Positions 25,595 through 36,155 of a DNA stretch of 64,000 nt are shown here, piece by piece. The notes beneath the pieces are model-generated. The model was not told the origin of the DNA. It worked only from the letters and a program-made list of their open reading frames with translations, and ran no database searches. Both the position numbers and the translations under genes were made by a program. Origin of the DNA: Octopus bimaculoides (lineage: Eukaryota); the NCBI RefSeq assembly GCF_001194135.2, contig NC_068985.1, forward strand, positions 73,343,767 through 73,407,766. The letters run 5' to 3'. Numbering within the stretch: the first letter of the stretch is position 1; every line of letters begins with the position of its first letter.

Positions 25595-26788
25595 TCAAAG
25601 CTTTGTTTCATCTGTAGTAACGATTGTTCTGCCGTTTTCAGTTGGCAATGTCATGTATTGGGAACTTTCTCGATCAATCGGTAATGGGCCGCCGCAAAAC
25701 ATGCGTTTGAATGTGTTTCGAAACTGTTTGCTCATGGCACAATATATAAAGAAGTTTAATGGGTACGATAACATGATCATCATGTTTATTATGGAACTGG
25801 TCACAAAGATAACGTTGTCCGGAAAAATGCTGATTTTTAACGTGTTCTGCAGGATAGTAATTATCATTAAAATACCCAGGGGAACCTCAACCAGCAAAAA
25901 TAAAAAGACAACTGCAACTAACATCAGAGTTGTGCAATTTGTATCTTTAATCTTTTTGGATTCGTTTCGTTTGTTTTGTTTAATCAATAATTTCCTCCGC
26001 CTCTTAGCAAGTGTCATGGCATGTATAAGCATACCGTTGAGCACAACTAACGCTGTGCACGGTATTAAATGAACGAATATCACGCGAAACCAGAAATATA
26101 CATTATAGTATAAATCTATCCAATTGACAAGCCACTGTGACCGAAGAATATAGCAACCAATAACCGTTTGGTTTCTATGAAGCAACGACATCAGCTCAAC
26201 TGATTCAAAGTCATATTCAAAAAATCTTGTAAGGTGGAAAAGAATGGCAATGAAGTATATAGCAACAGTTCCCTTGATAACGTTATTTATAGTACACCAA
26301 GTACGTGCACGGAACGAATGGCAGATATATATGTAACGCTGTATTGCCAGAGTGAGGGTTAACCAGATTGAAGCTGTGTGGAATATAGTGGGTATATATA
26401 GTGTAAATACGTGGTAGATTCTGCAACACCAGTTTGGTACATAATCTTGATAATAGCCTGCTGCGTAGAAATAAAGATACAAGGGCATAGGTATAACTCC
26501 AGTAAACATGTCAGATAACGCCATACCAATAAGCACACAGTTTGTAGGGGATTTCATGTTTCTTTTCATGAGAACGATCACTACTAGGGAGTTTGTAATA
26601 ATTGTGATGACAGCGACAGGCGGAGCTATATAACCGAGGATAGGTACAGCAATTTCATCAATTGATTCTCTTTTAATTATAAAAGGATAAGTGTTTCTCA
26701 GTATAGACGGAGAAGTTGTTTCCCAGTCTGTACTGGAATCTGTATTTGTCATCTCCTCTTTCATCAGGTAATCACTTGTTACAGACAT
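25595..26788 (-). CDS. SPR: sex peptide receptor-like / myoinhibitory peptide (MIP/allatostatin-B, Wamide) receptor, class A GPCR, 397 aa, single coding exon
   Basis: Uninterrupted 397-aa ORF with seven hydrophobic segments. SPR-family motifs: MKSPTN..L..MALSDM, PTIFHTASIWLTLTLAIQRYIYICH..ARTWCT, FRVIFVHLIPC..LVVLN, TNCTTLML, SYPLNFFIYCAMSKQFRNTF. These closely match the insect SPR sequences as I recall them. Confidence 0.95.
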   Translation of the reverse strand: MSVTSDYLMKEEMTNTDSSTDWETTSPSILRNTYPFIIKRESIDEIAVPILGYIAPPVAVITIITNSLVVIVLMKRNMKSPTNCVLIGMALSDMFTGVIPMPLYLYFYAAGYYQDYVPNWCCRIYHVFTLYIPTIFHTASIWLTLTLAIQRYIYICHSFRARTWCTINNVIKGTVAIYFIAILFHLTRFFEYDFESVELMSLLHRNQTVIGCYILRSQWLVNWIDLYYNVYFWFRVIFVHLIPCTALVVLNGMLIHAMTLAKRRRKLLIKQNKRNESKKIKDTNCTTLMLVAVVFLFLLVEVPLGILMIITILQNTLKISIFPDNVIFVTSSIINMMIMLSYPLNFFIYCAMSKQFRNTFKRMFCGGPLPIDRESSQYMTLPTENGRTIVTTDETKL

Positions 26789-26803
26789 TGCCGTTAAATT
26801 TAT

Positions 26804-26830
26804 TTATTTCTTTTGGTTTGTATTGCACAT
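26804..26830 (-). promoter_or_regulatory. short upstream ORF (MCNTNQKK*) in the SPR 5' UTR
   Basis: ATG TGC AAT ACA AAC CAA AAG AAA TAA. It is in frame with the main ATG and stops 15 nt before it. Confidence 0.55.
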
Positions 26831-26876
26831 CTTTTCGATTTTGTATCTTTTCCAGAATTTCAAGTCGAATTATATT

Positions 26877-26900
26877 CTGCAAAAAGAAATGAAGAACAAT
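26877..26900 (-). promoter_or_regulatory. 3' splice acceptor of the SPR coding exon
   Basis: Minus strand TTGTTCTTCATTTCTTTTTGCAG|AATATA is a strong polypyrimidine tract plus CAG. The exon would start at 26876, 88 nt before the ATG. Confidence 0.7.
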
Positions 26901-29380
26901 AATTATGGTTTTTAAAGCAACAGTGTTTTAGTTATGTCTAATCAATCAAGTTTGAAAAGTGAAATTACATTCAAGTCAAAAACTTTAGTCTCTAAGATGA
27001 TTTCAGTTGAAATTAACAATAGATCATGAATTATCCCGAAGCAATATTTATGGCACTAGATTTCTCATTTGATTGCCCTCAGAGTCTGACTGAATAATCT
27101 TTTTGAATACATCTGCTCATCTAAGCGCGCGCGCACACACACGCATACGTACACACTCACATACAAATACATACACTGTAGACGAACTTTCTCTTACACA
27201 GAGAAAATCAGCATCTTTGTGTTTCTATCTATCTGTTCTCTACCTATATGCAAATAGACACACACACACACATATTTTTAAAATGAGTAGAGATGGCTGT
27301 TTTTGGACAATTTTAATTTTAATTTTAATAGTAATGTTTATAATGAGTGACTCTGGTTGAGTTTGAAGCTTCAAATAGCCGTTTTCAAACAAAAATAAAG
27401 CATTCTTTTCTTTTTCAGTTTCAAAACTGCTATTTGAAGCTTGAAACTCATACCAGTATCATTCACTGTAAACATTATTATTAAAATAAAGGTTATCTCC
27501 AAAAATGCCATCTCTACTAATTTTTTCAAATATATAATACTGTACCCAGAACTTTCTTTTCATTATTCTTATTACATATATATATATATATCTAAGAACA
27601 TGCACATGCACTCACATGACTTTACATATATATGCACATGTAACTTAATGTGTATATATGATTGTATTCATACTTCTTCCTATATCTTGCAATCTGTATG
27701 TCTGTCTTTCAACATATTTTCTTACAATTTTTATCATTCCCCCTCTACACACTCATGCATACAAAAACGTGAAAACAGTTAAAATTATTTTTAAATACTC
27801 TACTTCGAGATTTCGTTTAATTAGTTTTCATTGTAGAATTCTAAATTAAAAGAAATATTATATTATATTATCCTAGAAAAATTCTTTGGCAAGTTCAGAT
27901 TCATATCGTTTCGAATCCAAGGTTTTCTCTTCAGAGTCAGAAATCCTGTTAGTTTAGTTCAGATGCTAACAGCTGTAAGTACGGTACGAATTTAAATACA
28001 GCTCACATATCACTGTGGTATTGTTGCTATACATATAACCAGTTTAGGTAAGCAGATGCATAGAATCTGGGTGAATGGCAAATATAAAAATAACTTACTC
28101 AACAACCGAATGAAATCATCAGCATACATTAATATAGTTCTCCCTCTCTGACCTACTGAAGCAATGGTTTTTTTGTTTTTGCAAACGCTCGCTTGACATT
28201 GGCTAATTTTGTAAGGTAATGAAACACTAAGAAGATACTAAAATAATTTAATCTACGATTTAAACGTTCTAAGTGGAAATAGCTACAATAATCACTGAGA
28301 TTTTATAACAAATGTCTTTATTTACGCTGTTTTGAGCTGATAACCTAATGATTCTTCAGTAAGTTTTCTGACAATACTCAGTTTAAGTTCATAAATGGGC
28401 GTGACTTACAACTTACTGGTTGCTTTACAGGTATTCAGTCGGGTTAATGCGAATGTATCATAAAATATATGGTCAAGGAGACGTCAATTAAAATGTCTAA
28501 ACTTTAAACTAAAGAAAAACTCTTTAAACAACATGAGAAATATTGCAACCTAATCCGAGCGGAAACAGGTTTCAGTGGACAAATGCATCCCAAAGAACCA
28601 TTTATCAAGGAGAGTAATGTTAAAATTTGGACGTATTATGATTCTGGTGATTTTCCCAATAATAGAAGGAAATATTCCAGGAATAGATGTACAGAATGTA
28701 ATTGGAAATTTAATCATAACACGAGTAGTATGTTTGGGTCAGCGGACACAGACACCCTCAACTAATAGAGAGTTAGATAAGCGGAATGAAAATAAACATA
28801 GCAGTTCGCGCAGTAACACTAGTTCGAGTAAATCTATTGATAATTCTAACCGCACCCCAAAGAATAGGTCTAATGTTAATAAATAGCAACTGGAGGAAGA
28901 TAAGAAGAATGATGACAGAGATAGCCATAATCATCAAAATAGATTTGCTCGTCATGCGGGAAGACTAGCCTACACCGAAATAGTATGTTGTAAGTAGCAG
29001 TAAATGCAGTAACTCTAAAGAAAGGAGAGATAGATAAGAACAAGTAGTCTGGTATATGCTCAAATTCACACTAAAATCGCGAGAAAATTCTTCACGGCCT
29101 TTGAGAAGCGTTTCCCGCCATCAAGCCGATACGGGAAGTTGTTTAGTAAGCATTCAGTTAAGATTACATATTCAACACTTAGGAACTTGGCGCAAGTCAT
29201 AGCTTCTCAGAACATCCGTAGATTTAAAGAGTTCATACTTAACGATACAATAGGCTTAAGTAGTAAGAAAAAGTGTAGAAGCATGATAAACATGCTAATA
29301 AAAAGAACAATAATGGGGAAAAGGACAACAACAACATCAGTGGTAATGAAAGTAGTGGTGGAATTAATAATGATAATAAT

Positions 29381-29569
29381 CCTTTCTATTGTAGGCACAA
29401 GGCCTGAAATTTGGGGGAAGAGATTAAGGCGATTCCGTCAACCCCAGTGCGCAACTGGTACTTATTTAATCGATCCCCGAAAGGATGAAAGGCAAACTCG
29501 ATCTCGGCGGAATTTGAACTCAGAACGTAGCGACGAGCGAAATACCGCTAAGCATTTCGTCCAGCGTGC
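29381..29569 (-). mobile_element. SINE family A nested in the Penelope element
   Basis: Matches the 5281-5497 copy; flanked by (AAT)n tracts. Confidence 0.9.
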
Positions 29570-29790
29570 CTTATTATTAATAATAATAACAATGAGGATG
29601 ATATGAATAACAATAAGCATAATAGAAACAGGTATAATTTTAGTAGTAGTAGCAACAACAACAGCAATAATAATAGTAGTAACAGTAATAATGATAGTAG
29701 TAATAATAGTAGTAGTATTAGTAACAATAACAACAACAACAATAGCAGTAGCAACAATAAAAACAACAACAACAATAATAATGATTTAAA

Positions 29791-29995
29791 ATTTTGGCAC
29801 AATGCCAGCAATTTCAGGGTCGGAGATAAATCGATTACGTCGACCTCAGTGATCAATTGGTACTTATTTTATCGACCTCGAAAGGATTAAAAGCAAAGTC
29901 GACCTCGGTGGAATTTGATCTCAGAACGTAAGGACGGACGAAATGCCGCTAAGAATTTTTCCTAGCGCATTAACGATTTTGCTAGGTCACCGCCT
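29791..29995 (-). mobile_element. SINE family A (more diverged) nested in the Penelope element
   Basis: Matches family A with more substitutions; lies within an (AAC/AAT/AGT)n tract. Confidence 0.85.
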
Positions 29996-31919
29996 TAACA
30001 GCAAGAGCAACAGCGAGATCAGCAACAACAGCAGCAACAACAACAGTTGTTACTGTATCGACCCTAATAAATGTCCATTAGATGAAGAATATCTTAAGAA
30101 CTCGGTTTATATATACCCGAGTATGATGGATAACACAGTTTACCATTACATAGGCTATTGTACAACAATTTTAAAATCTCGATATCACAACTACGTGTCA
30201 TCATTTACACATAAGAGTAAAGAAAGATCGACCTCATTAAGCAAGCTAATTTGGAAGCTTAAAAATAAACTAAGTGTAGTATTAAGTGTCTAACATTGAG
30301 CAGTGCTCCTCCTTACGACGTACGGAAAACTAACTGTACTTTACCTAGAAGAGTAATGTTAAGAGTATAACATCCTGGATAAGAGGCAAGAATTAGCGGT
30401 AACATGTAAGCAATTTTTATAACAAGACTTTTAGATTATTCCCTCAATAATTAATCATGAGAACAAAAGGACATGAAAACACCTGCATATTTTCCAAGCC
30501 CAAAATTTTAGAGATCATACGTTTTTCGTTGAAATGGTAATTGTTAATTTTCTCGATTGCTTGTATTATAGAATTCTTTTCGGTCTTCCTTCTCATTGTT
30601 TATTTGATGATAAAAAATATCGTTTTTATTTTCATTTTTTATTATCACATCCATTCCCCTAATTTTCCCTTTTTAGTTTTATTTTTTAATTCTTTTTGTT
30701 GCATTTGCTTTGCTTCGTTTTATCCGATTTTGTATTGGGTTTATCTTCTTCACTAAGCACTTATGTAATTTACTCTACCACTCTATTTAAGAATCATATC
30801 TTAGACTTCCTATTGCAGCTGTACCAAAGATACTTAATCCTAATTTTGGATTACATGTAGTCTTAGTCTAATTGCTTCTGTACCTGTTGTAGCTCATATA
30901 TACTTATAATATCTGATTATTAGTTCCACTTCTGTTAAATATTTTTAATTATATAGATTCTTGGTAATTAATTAGATTGATGTTGATACTTGATGCTTAA
31001 AACAATGGGCACTCTTGGTCATTATATTTGCAAATACTCGGGCTGACATAATTTCCAAAAATATAGTAGTAAATGCCAAAAGCCTGGTATTGACTATAAC
31101 GAGGTTGTGGGATAGCTAATTTCTTTACTGGATATCAATACCTTTCACCCGTGGTAAGAGAGAACTATAGCTTAAGTTTGATGGCTAGAAACAAGCGACC
31201 TAGTTCTGTATAAATACCACCGAACAAATTCCATCTTTCTTTTCTTTTTATCCTTTTTGGCAGTTGAGTTATTATGGTTCTGATGAAGATATCACTGTGT
31301 GGGTCGTTCTCTATATTTTTAATCGATCAATTGATAAAATTGAATGATGAATGCACCCAAAGATATATCTGAAACAACTCAAAGCCAATGAATAAATGAA
31401 TAAATCTATATAACCTATTATTTCTGTCCATTCTGTGTGTGCATATATATATATATATATATATGGGATAATGGAGGGATAATGGACTGGCTGGCCTATG
31501 TAGGTTCGGAGGTGTTTTCAAGTTGTGCCGATGCATGATGTTCACTCGGTCATGCATGCACAATTGCTAGCATCGTCGAATTTGCAACTGGAATATCATA
31601 CTGATGAGGAAATGGAGTGTTTATCGCTCCTAAGCCAGAAACGCGTCTATGATTAACTTCGACTGGTTAGTTTTCGTTGTTTTTTCTTCTTGTTTTGCCT
31701 TTGTGAGTTACAAGTAATGCTATCTGTTGGAGTCTCAGCATTTTAGCTGCTATTTCTGAACTTCGGTATGTGGTGAAGCAACTGTTGCTGATCCCNNNNN
31801 NNNNNNNNNNNNNNNNNNNNNNNNNNNNNNNNNNNNNNNNNNNNNNNNNNNNNNNNNNNNNNNNNNNNNNNNNNNNNNNNNNNNNNNNNNNNNNNNNNNN
31901 NNNNNNNNNNNNNNNNNNN

Positions 31920-31950
<31 letters not shown>

Positions 31951-34309
31951 GAGAGTGTGAACGTACTCAAAATTGCTAGATCGTGGTTCGGTTCTCAGAC
32001 AGGGCGGCGCGTTGTATTCTTGAATAACACTCTTCATCTCACATTGCTCTGCGATTATTACGACATCCAACATATGACACACTTATATATACGAATGAAT
32101 AGCTCTATGCGTGAATATTTATGCGTGCATATGTACCTATCGATTGGCGTTCTATCAGTAATAGCAATCAAGTTTTCAAAGACATCAAAAGCTAGTGAGA
32201 GGATGAACACAGGAAGACATAACGCAAGTTCATCTCCGTAGTTTGTAATTCTGTTAGAAACTGCAGTCAAATCTCCTTCAATATTAAACCACCATATTAA
32301 ACAAGAAAAAAGAAGAGCACGTAAATTATGTGATGCTAAATACCCAAAACAAGATGTTTACTAGTAGAATAAGAACGGATCTGACTGCAGTTTGCTTGGG
32401 CAGATTTTTAATAGATTTAAGATCTAGAATGAAATGCAAGATATGAACCATAATTTCTCACGTATGACAAAAGTAAGATAAGAAAATTTGCACCTTATTT
32501 TTAAAGTGGATAAGTTTCAAGAAAAGATGTAACTGAATGTGGGTTAGTAAAAATGGACGTTTTAGAGAACCCCGCTTTATAAATCTTAAATGTTATGGAT
32601 TGAGAATTTCATAAATCACAGTGGATAAGCATGTGTGAAGAACATTTAGAATACATCAATTGACAGATATCTAATACATAAGTTCTTATTTGAACGCTAT
32701 GTTTGCACAAACTATTTCGATAAATCCCTTCTAGAGTATTGCGAAGCAATAGATTTGGGATATATTAAATTGATGAATAAAGCAATATAGTCAAAAGCTA
32801 AAGGTACATCATAAATTTGGATTTGGTAAAAAAATCTTCCGCCGAATATATTTAGCATTGGAAGGATAATAAATGACTGGTTAACAATTCTCACATCAGA
32901 AAGGGAAAGAAGCCGATTTTCTGTGATACAACATAAATAATAAATAGGAAAAAATTCAAAAAATTCTCACAATGCACCTATTTTATCTATTATCCATTAT
33001 GGTAATTTTTTTAAAGAATTTCAATCGAAGTTTGCTTTATAATATAATGAAACTTAATTTTATCCTTAAATATTATATGCATGATGTATGCCCTAGTTAA
33101 AAATATATTACAGTTAATGCGCTATATATTTGATCAGAAGTGCATCTTCAGCATACTGCTCTCAATGATCTCAAATGTAGTTGAGATACTGCATGTTTTC
33201 CTTCGAAACTGGAGCCAGGGTTGTCAGACCGCACTCACAGAAAAAGTGCAGAAGACATCACATTATTCTCGTCCCGGGTCGGGTCATTCCATGCATAATG
33301 CCTTTGTTCAATATTGATCACAATGTTGTGAGCCATAAGCTGTACATTTGACATTAAAACATCCATACTCCTAAAACTTAACTTGAAGCTTATGCAATAA
33401 TAGTCAATTGAAAGACTATAAAAGAAACAGAGTAAAAATCCTCCAGGTTGCATCTGCTATGAAACTGCTTAAGACAACTGAATACAGTAATCCACAAGTC
33501 AGAAAACTTCAAGCATGTAACTCAACGTATGCTAAATAGAATAAACTTAAGATTCATCGGTAGAAGAAAACTTCTACATATTATCAGCAATGTAAACATG
33601 GAAATTTTGCACTTATATTTAAAAACTATTGCAGAGGCATTCTAGCTTCTATTTGACGCACATTTCTCTATATCACGTTATATATTAAAATTTATGTTGC
33701 TGGTACTGATAAGAAAAGAGACATAATGAAGATACTAGTAAATATGTCGACTGCGTCATATAGCGGTAAGGGATATTACACATGTATTCTGAAGTTGCCT
33801 CCTGGTGATGTAATTATATATTTTTAGTAATTTTTTGTGAGTATGAATATATTTTAGTTAGGAAAAGTTAGGCAAAGAGCTTAAAGTTTTGCTATAGATC
33901 ATCTTACACAAACTGTAATCTTGTAGTCTTAGTAAATTGTTATATGCATGGTTAGGGTTAGAGTTAGGGTTAAGGTAAGTTCAAATTGTAGTTGAAATAT
34001 GGTAAGTAAACTGTTGGCGAGGTCTTCAAAGAAGTAGTTTTTGAAATAATCAAAACTTCAGTTGAGAAGTATAAAAAATTCTCAGCAGATGTTTTATTGG
34101 TTTACATGTATAAAGCCAAGCCATTGTTTAAAGTTGTGGCTAACAAAATGGTTTAGATGAATGCCACGAGAAAAGAAATGAGAATAGTAGGTATTATTGT
34201 TATTATTATTATTATTATTATTGTTATCATCATCATCATTATTATTATTATTATAATTATTATTATTATTATTATTATTATTGTTATCATCATCATCATT
34301 ATTATTATC

Positions 34310-34430
34310 ATTATCGGGTTCCATAAATTAAGTACCAGGTGAGTAGTGGGATCGATGCAATCGCTTATCCTACTCCCACCAAAGTTTCAGACCTTATGTC
34401 TATCGCAGAAAGGATTATCATTATTATTAT
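34310..34430 (+). mobile_element. SINE family A 3' fragment with (ATT)n tail
   Basis: ATAAATTAAGTACCAGGTGAGTAGTGGGATCGATGCAATCG..AAAGTTTCAGACCTTATGTCTATCGCAGAAAGG(ATT)n is the sense-orientation 3' half of family A. Confidence 0.75.
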
Positions 34431-35120
34431 TATTCAGTAGTCTTATTTTGCTCACGTGCTTGCACTGCACTACCGAGTGAAGCTCTGTGTGCCTTGGATA
34501 TGTGCGGTGGTTTGTTGTGGTGCTCTTATTTTCACTGAATTGTAAGTGTTTATATAGGATGTGTGCCGTGCCTAGTAGTCCTGGTGTTTTTGTTATGTAT
34601 TTGTGTGAATGTATTTTTTTTATCATACCTAATGCACCTACTATAACAGGTATGTTTCTGATTTTAGGCTCCATATTCGAGTTACCTCTATTTCCAGATC
34701 ATTGTATTTTGAAAGTTTCTCCGTTTCTGTTAGAGAAAAATTGGCATCTGCTGGTATTGATATTGCGATTAGAAAGCTTTTTTTTCTTGGTGATCTCTTA
34801 CAACTCTGTCTGGCCTATTGGCCTTAATTTCTCTGTGTGTAGTGGCATATTCCAGAGTATGGTTGCTTTCTCATTTTCTGTGACCTTTTCTGGGATGTGC
34901 CTATAACATCTTTTTCTGTTGTTATTCCATAGTGTTGGCATAGTTTCCAGTGTATATAGTTTTCAATACTGTCGTGCCCGGGAATATATTCCTTCTTAGC
35001 TAGGATTGGGTAGCCAGGGTCAATATGTTTTATTCTTTCTTCTCCATCACCACATATTCTGAAGTTACTTGTATTTCTTTTCATTACATGCTCTTGGTGA
35101 TTTCTGGTGGGAAGGTTTTG
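34415..35120 (-). mobile_element. R4/Dong-like (restriction-like endonuclease) non-LTR retrotransposon, 5'-truncated 3' end
   Basis: SQGQNLPTRNHQ..FRICGDGEERIKHI..YPILAKKEY..HD..YIHWKLCQHY (CCHC-type knuckle), then a PD..D-type region, IRNIPVIVGALGMIKK, LLGTAHIL, and an (AAT)n tail. Confidence 0.85.
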
Positions 35121-35281
35121 ACCTTGTGATGCAATTAAAAATTCTTCAGTCTCTGCTTTGAGTCCTGAGCCTCATCCATCCATCTACCCATCCATCTATC
35201 CATCCATACAGGCAAACATACATATGTATATATACTCACACGCACACACTCATACGTATATACATATATACATCCATAGGT

Positions 35282-35556
35282 GGTCTTGACTGGAAAATCC
35301 CCGAGAAAAGTGACATTTTTATCTTCAACGACTGGCTCAGGATGATGATCATACAAGTAAGGAGTGCTGATTTTATAATGTTTCCATATTTTCCAATGTA
35401 AATACAGTCCTACTCATTTTTTGATTTGTTTGGTGTCAGCAAGGACATCCCAAGACGGGTTGGTCAATTGTTTCGTCAAATGTGTCGGAGAATCTACATT
35501 TAGGGTCATAAGCGTTTTGAAGAATGTTAGTCTGGTAGTTTCTAGTAAGCAAACTT

Positions 35557-35560
<4 letters not shown>
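35282..35560 (-). mobile_element. second R4/Dong-like fragment
   Basis: QSLLTRNYQTNILQNAYDPKCRFSDTFDETIDQPVLGCP..LYLHWKIWKHYKI..YDHHPEPVVEDKNVTFLGDFPVKT. Confidence 0.8.
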
Positions 35561-35614
<54 letters not shown>

Positions 35615-35636
35615 CGGTGGTGGTGGTAGTAGCAGT

Positions 35637-35671
<35 letters not shown>

Positions 35672-35700
35672 TAGTAGTAGTAGTAGTAGTAGCGGTAGTA
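35561..35700. repeat. compound trinucleotide tract (AGT)n(GGT)n(AGC)n
   Basis: Directly visible; it produces the spurious poly-Ser and poly-Leu ORFs. Confidence 0.95.
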
Positions 35701-36155
35701 TTATGAGGAAGAGAATGAAATAAGATGGGAAGTAGTTAGAGAAGCAGAAAAGTACGAAGAGAAAAAAGAGAAGCAGAAAGACGTAGAAAGAAGAAAAAGA
35801 GATGAGGAAGATAGAGAAGGTAAAACTGGGTGCGATGTTTAAGTAGGGTGTGGTGAAATTTGGAAATAACGAAGAGAGAATTCTATAGATAGATGGTTCG
35901 TAACGAATTGCTATTTTCAACTTTTGCTTTTCATTAACATATTTTAGCATGACATTAGTCAAGCGTGGAATGAAACAAAGGTACAAAGGTTTATAAGAAT
36001 TCAAGGTATGTAATTGGAATGCCAAGGATATAATATATATTATATCATATATCCATCCATCCATCCGTCCATCCATCCATGCAAACACACACACACACAT
36101 ATATATATACTCACACGCACACACTCATACATACATACATACATACATACATACA

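Larger units (their letters stand above)
28340..30400 (+). mobile_element. decayed Penelope-like element (RT thumb, linker, GIY-YIG endonuclease) with Asn/Ser-rich low-complexity linker and two nested SINEs
   Basis: EKLFKQHEKYCNLIRAETGF (about 28515), QVVWY, IARKFFTAFEKRFPPSSRYGKLFSKHSVKITYSTLRN (29080-29190) and CYC..KCPLDEEYLKNSVYIY..YIGYCTT.LKSRYHNYVSSF..STSLSKLIWKLK (30045-30270) follow PLE C-terminal motif order. Confidence 0.8.

Noticed and set aside
25590-26072. 160-aa plus-strand ORF overlapping the GPCR
   Set aside because: Antisense shadow of the receptor CDS with no independent motif.
29603-29890. Poly-Asn ORF as a prion-like or novel protein
   Set aside because: It is the low-complexity linker of the Penelope remnant and runs into a SINE.
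35414-36124. 236-aa poly-Leu ORF (minus) and 100-aa poly-Ser ORF (plus)
   Set aside because: Composite of a trinucleotide tract, a purine-rich tract and LINE debris. A possible Penelope linker-like stretch at about 35880-36030 is too weak to call.
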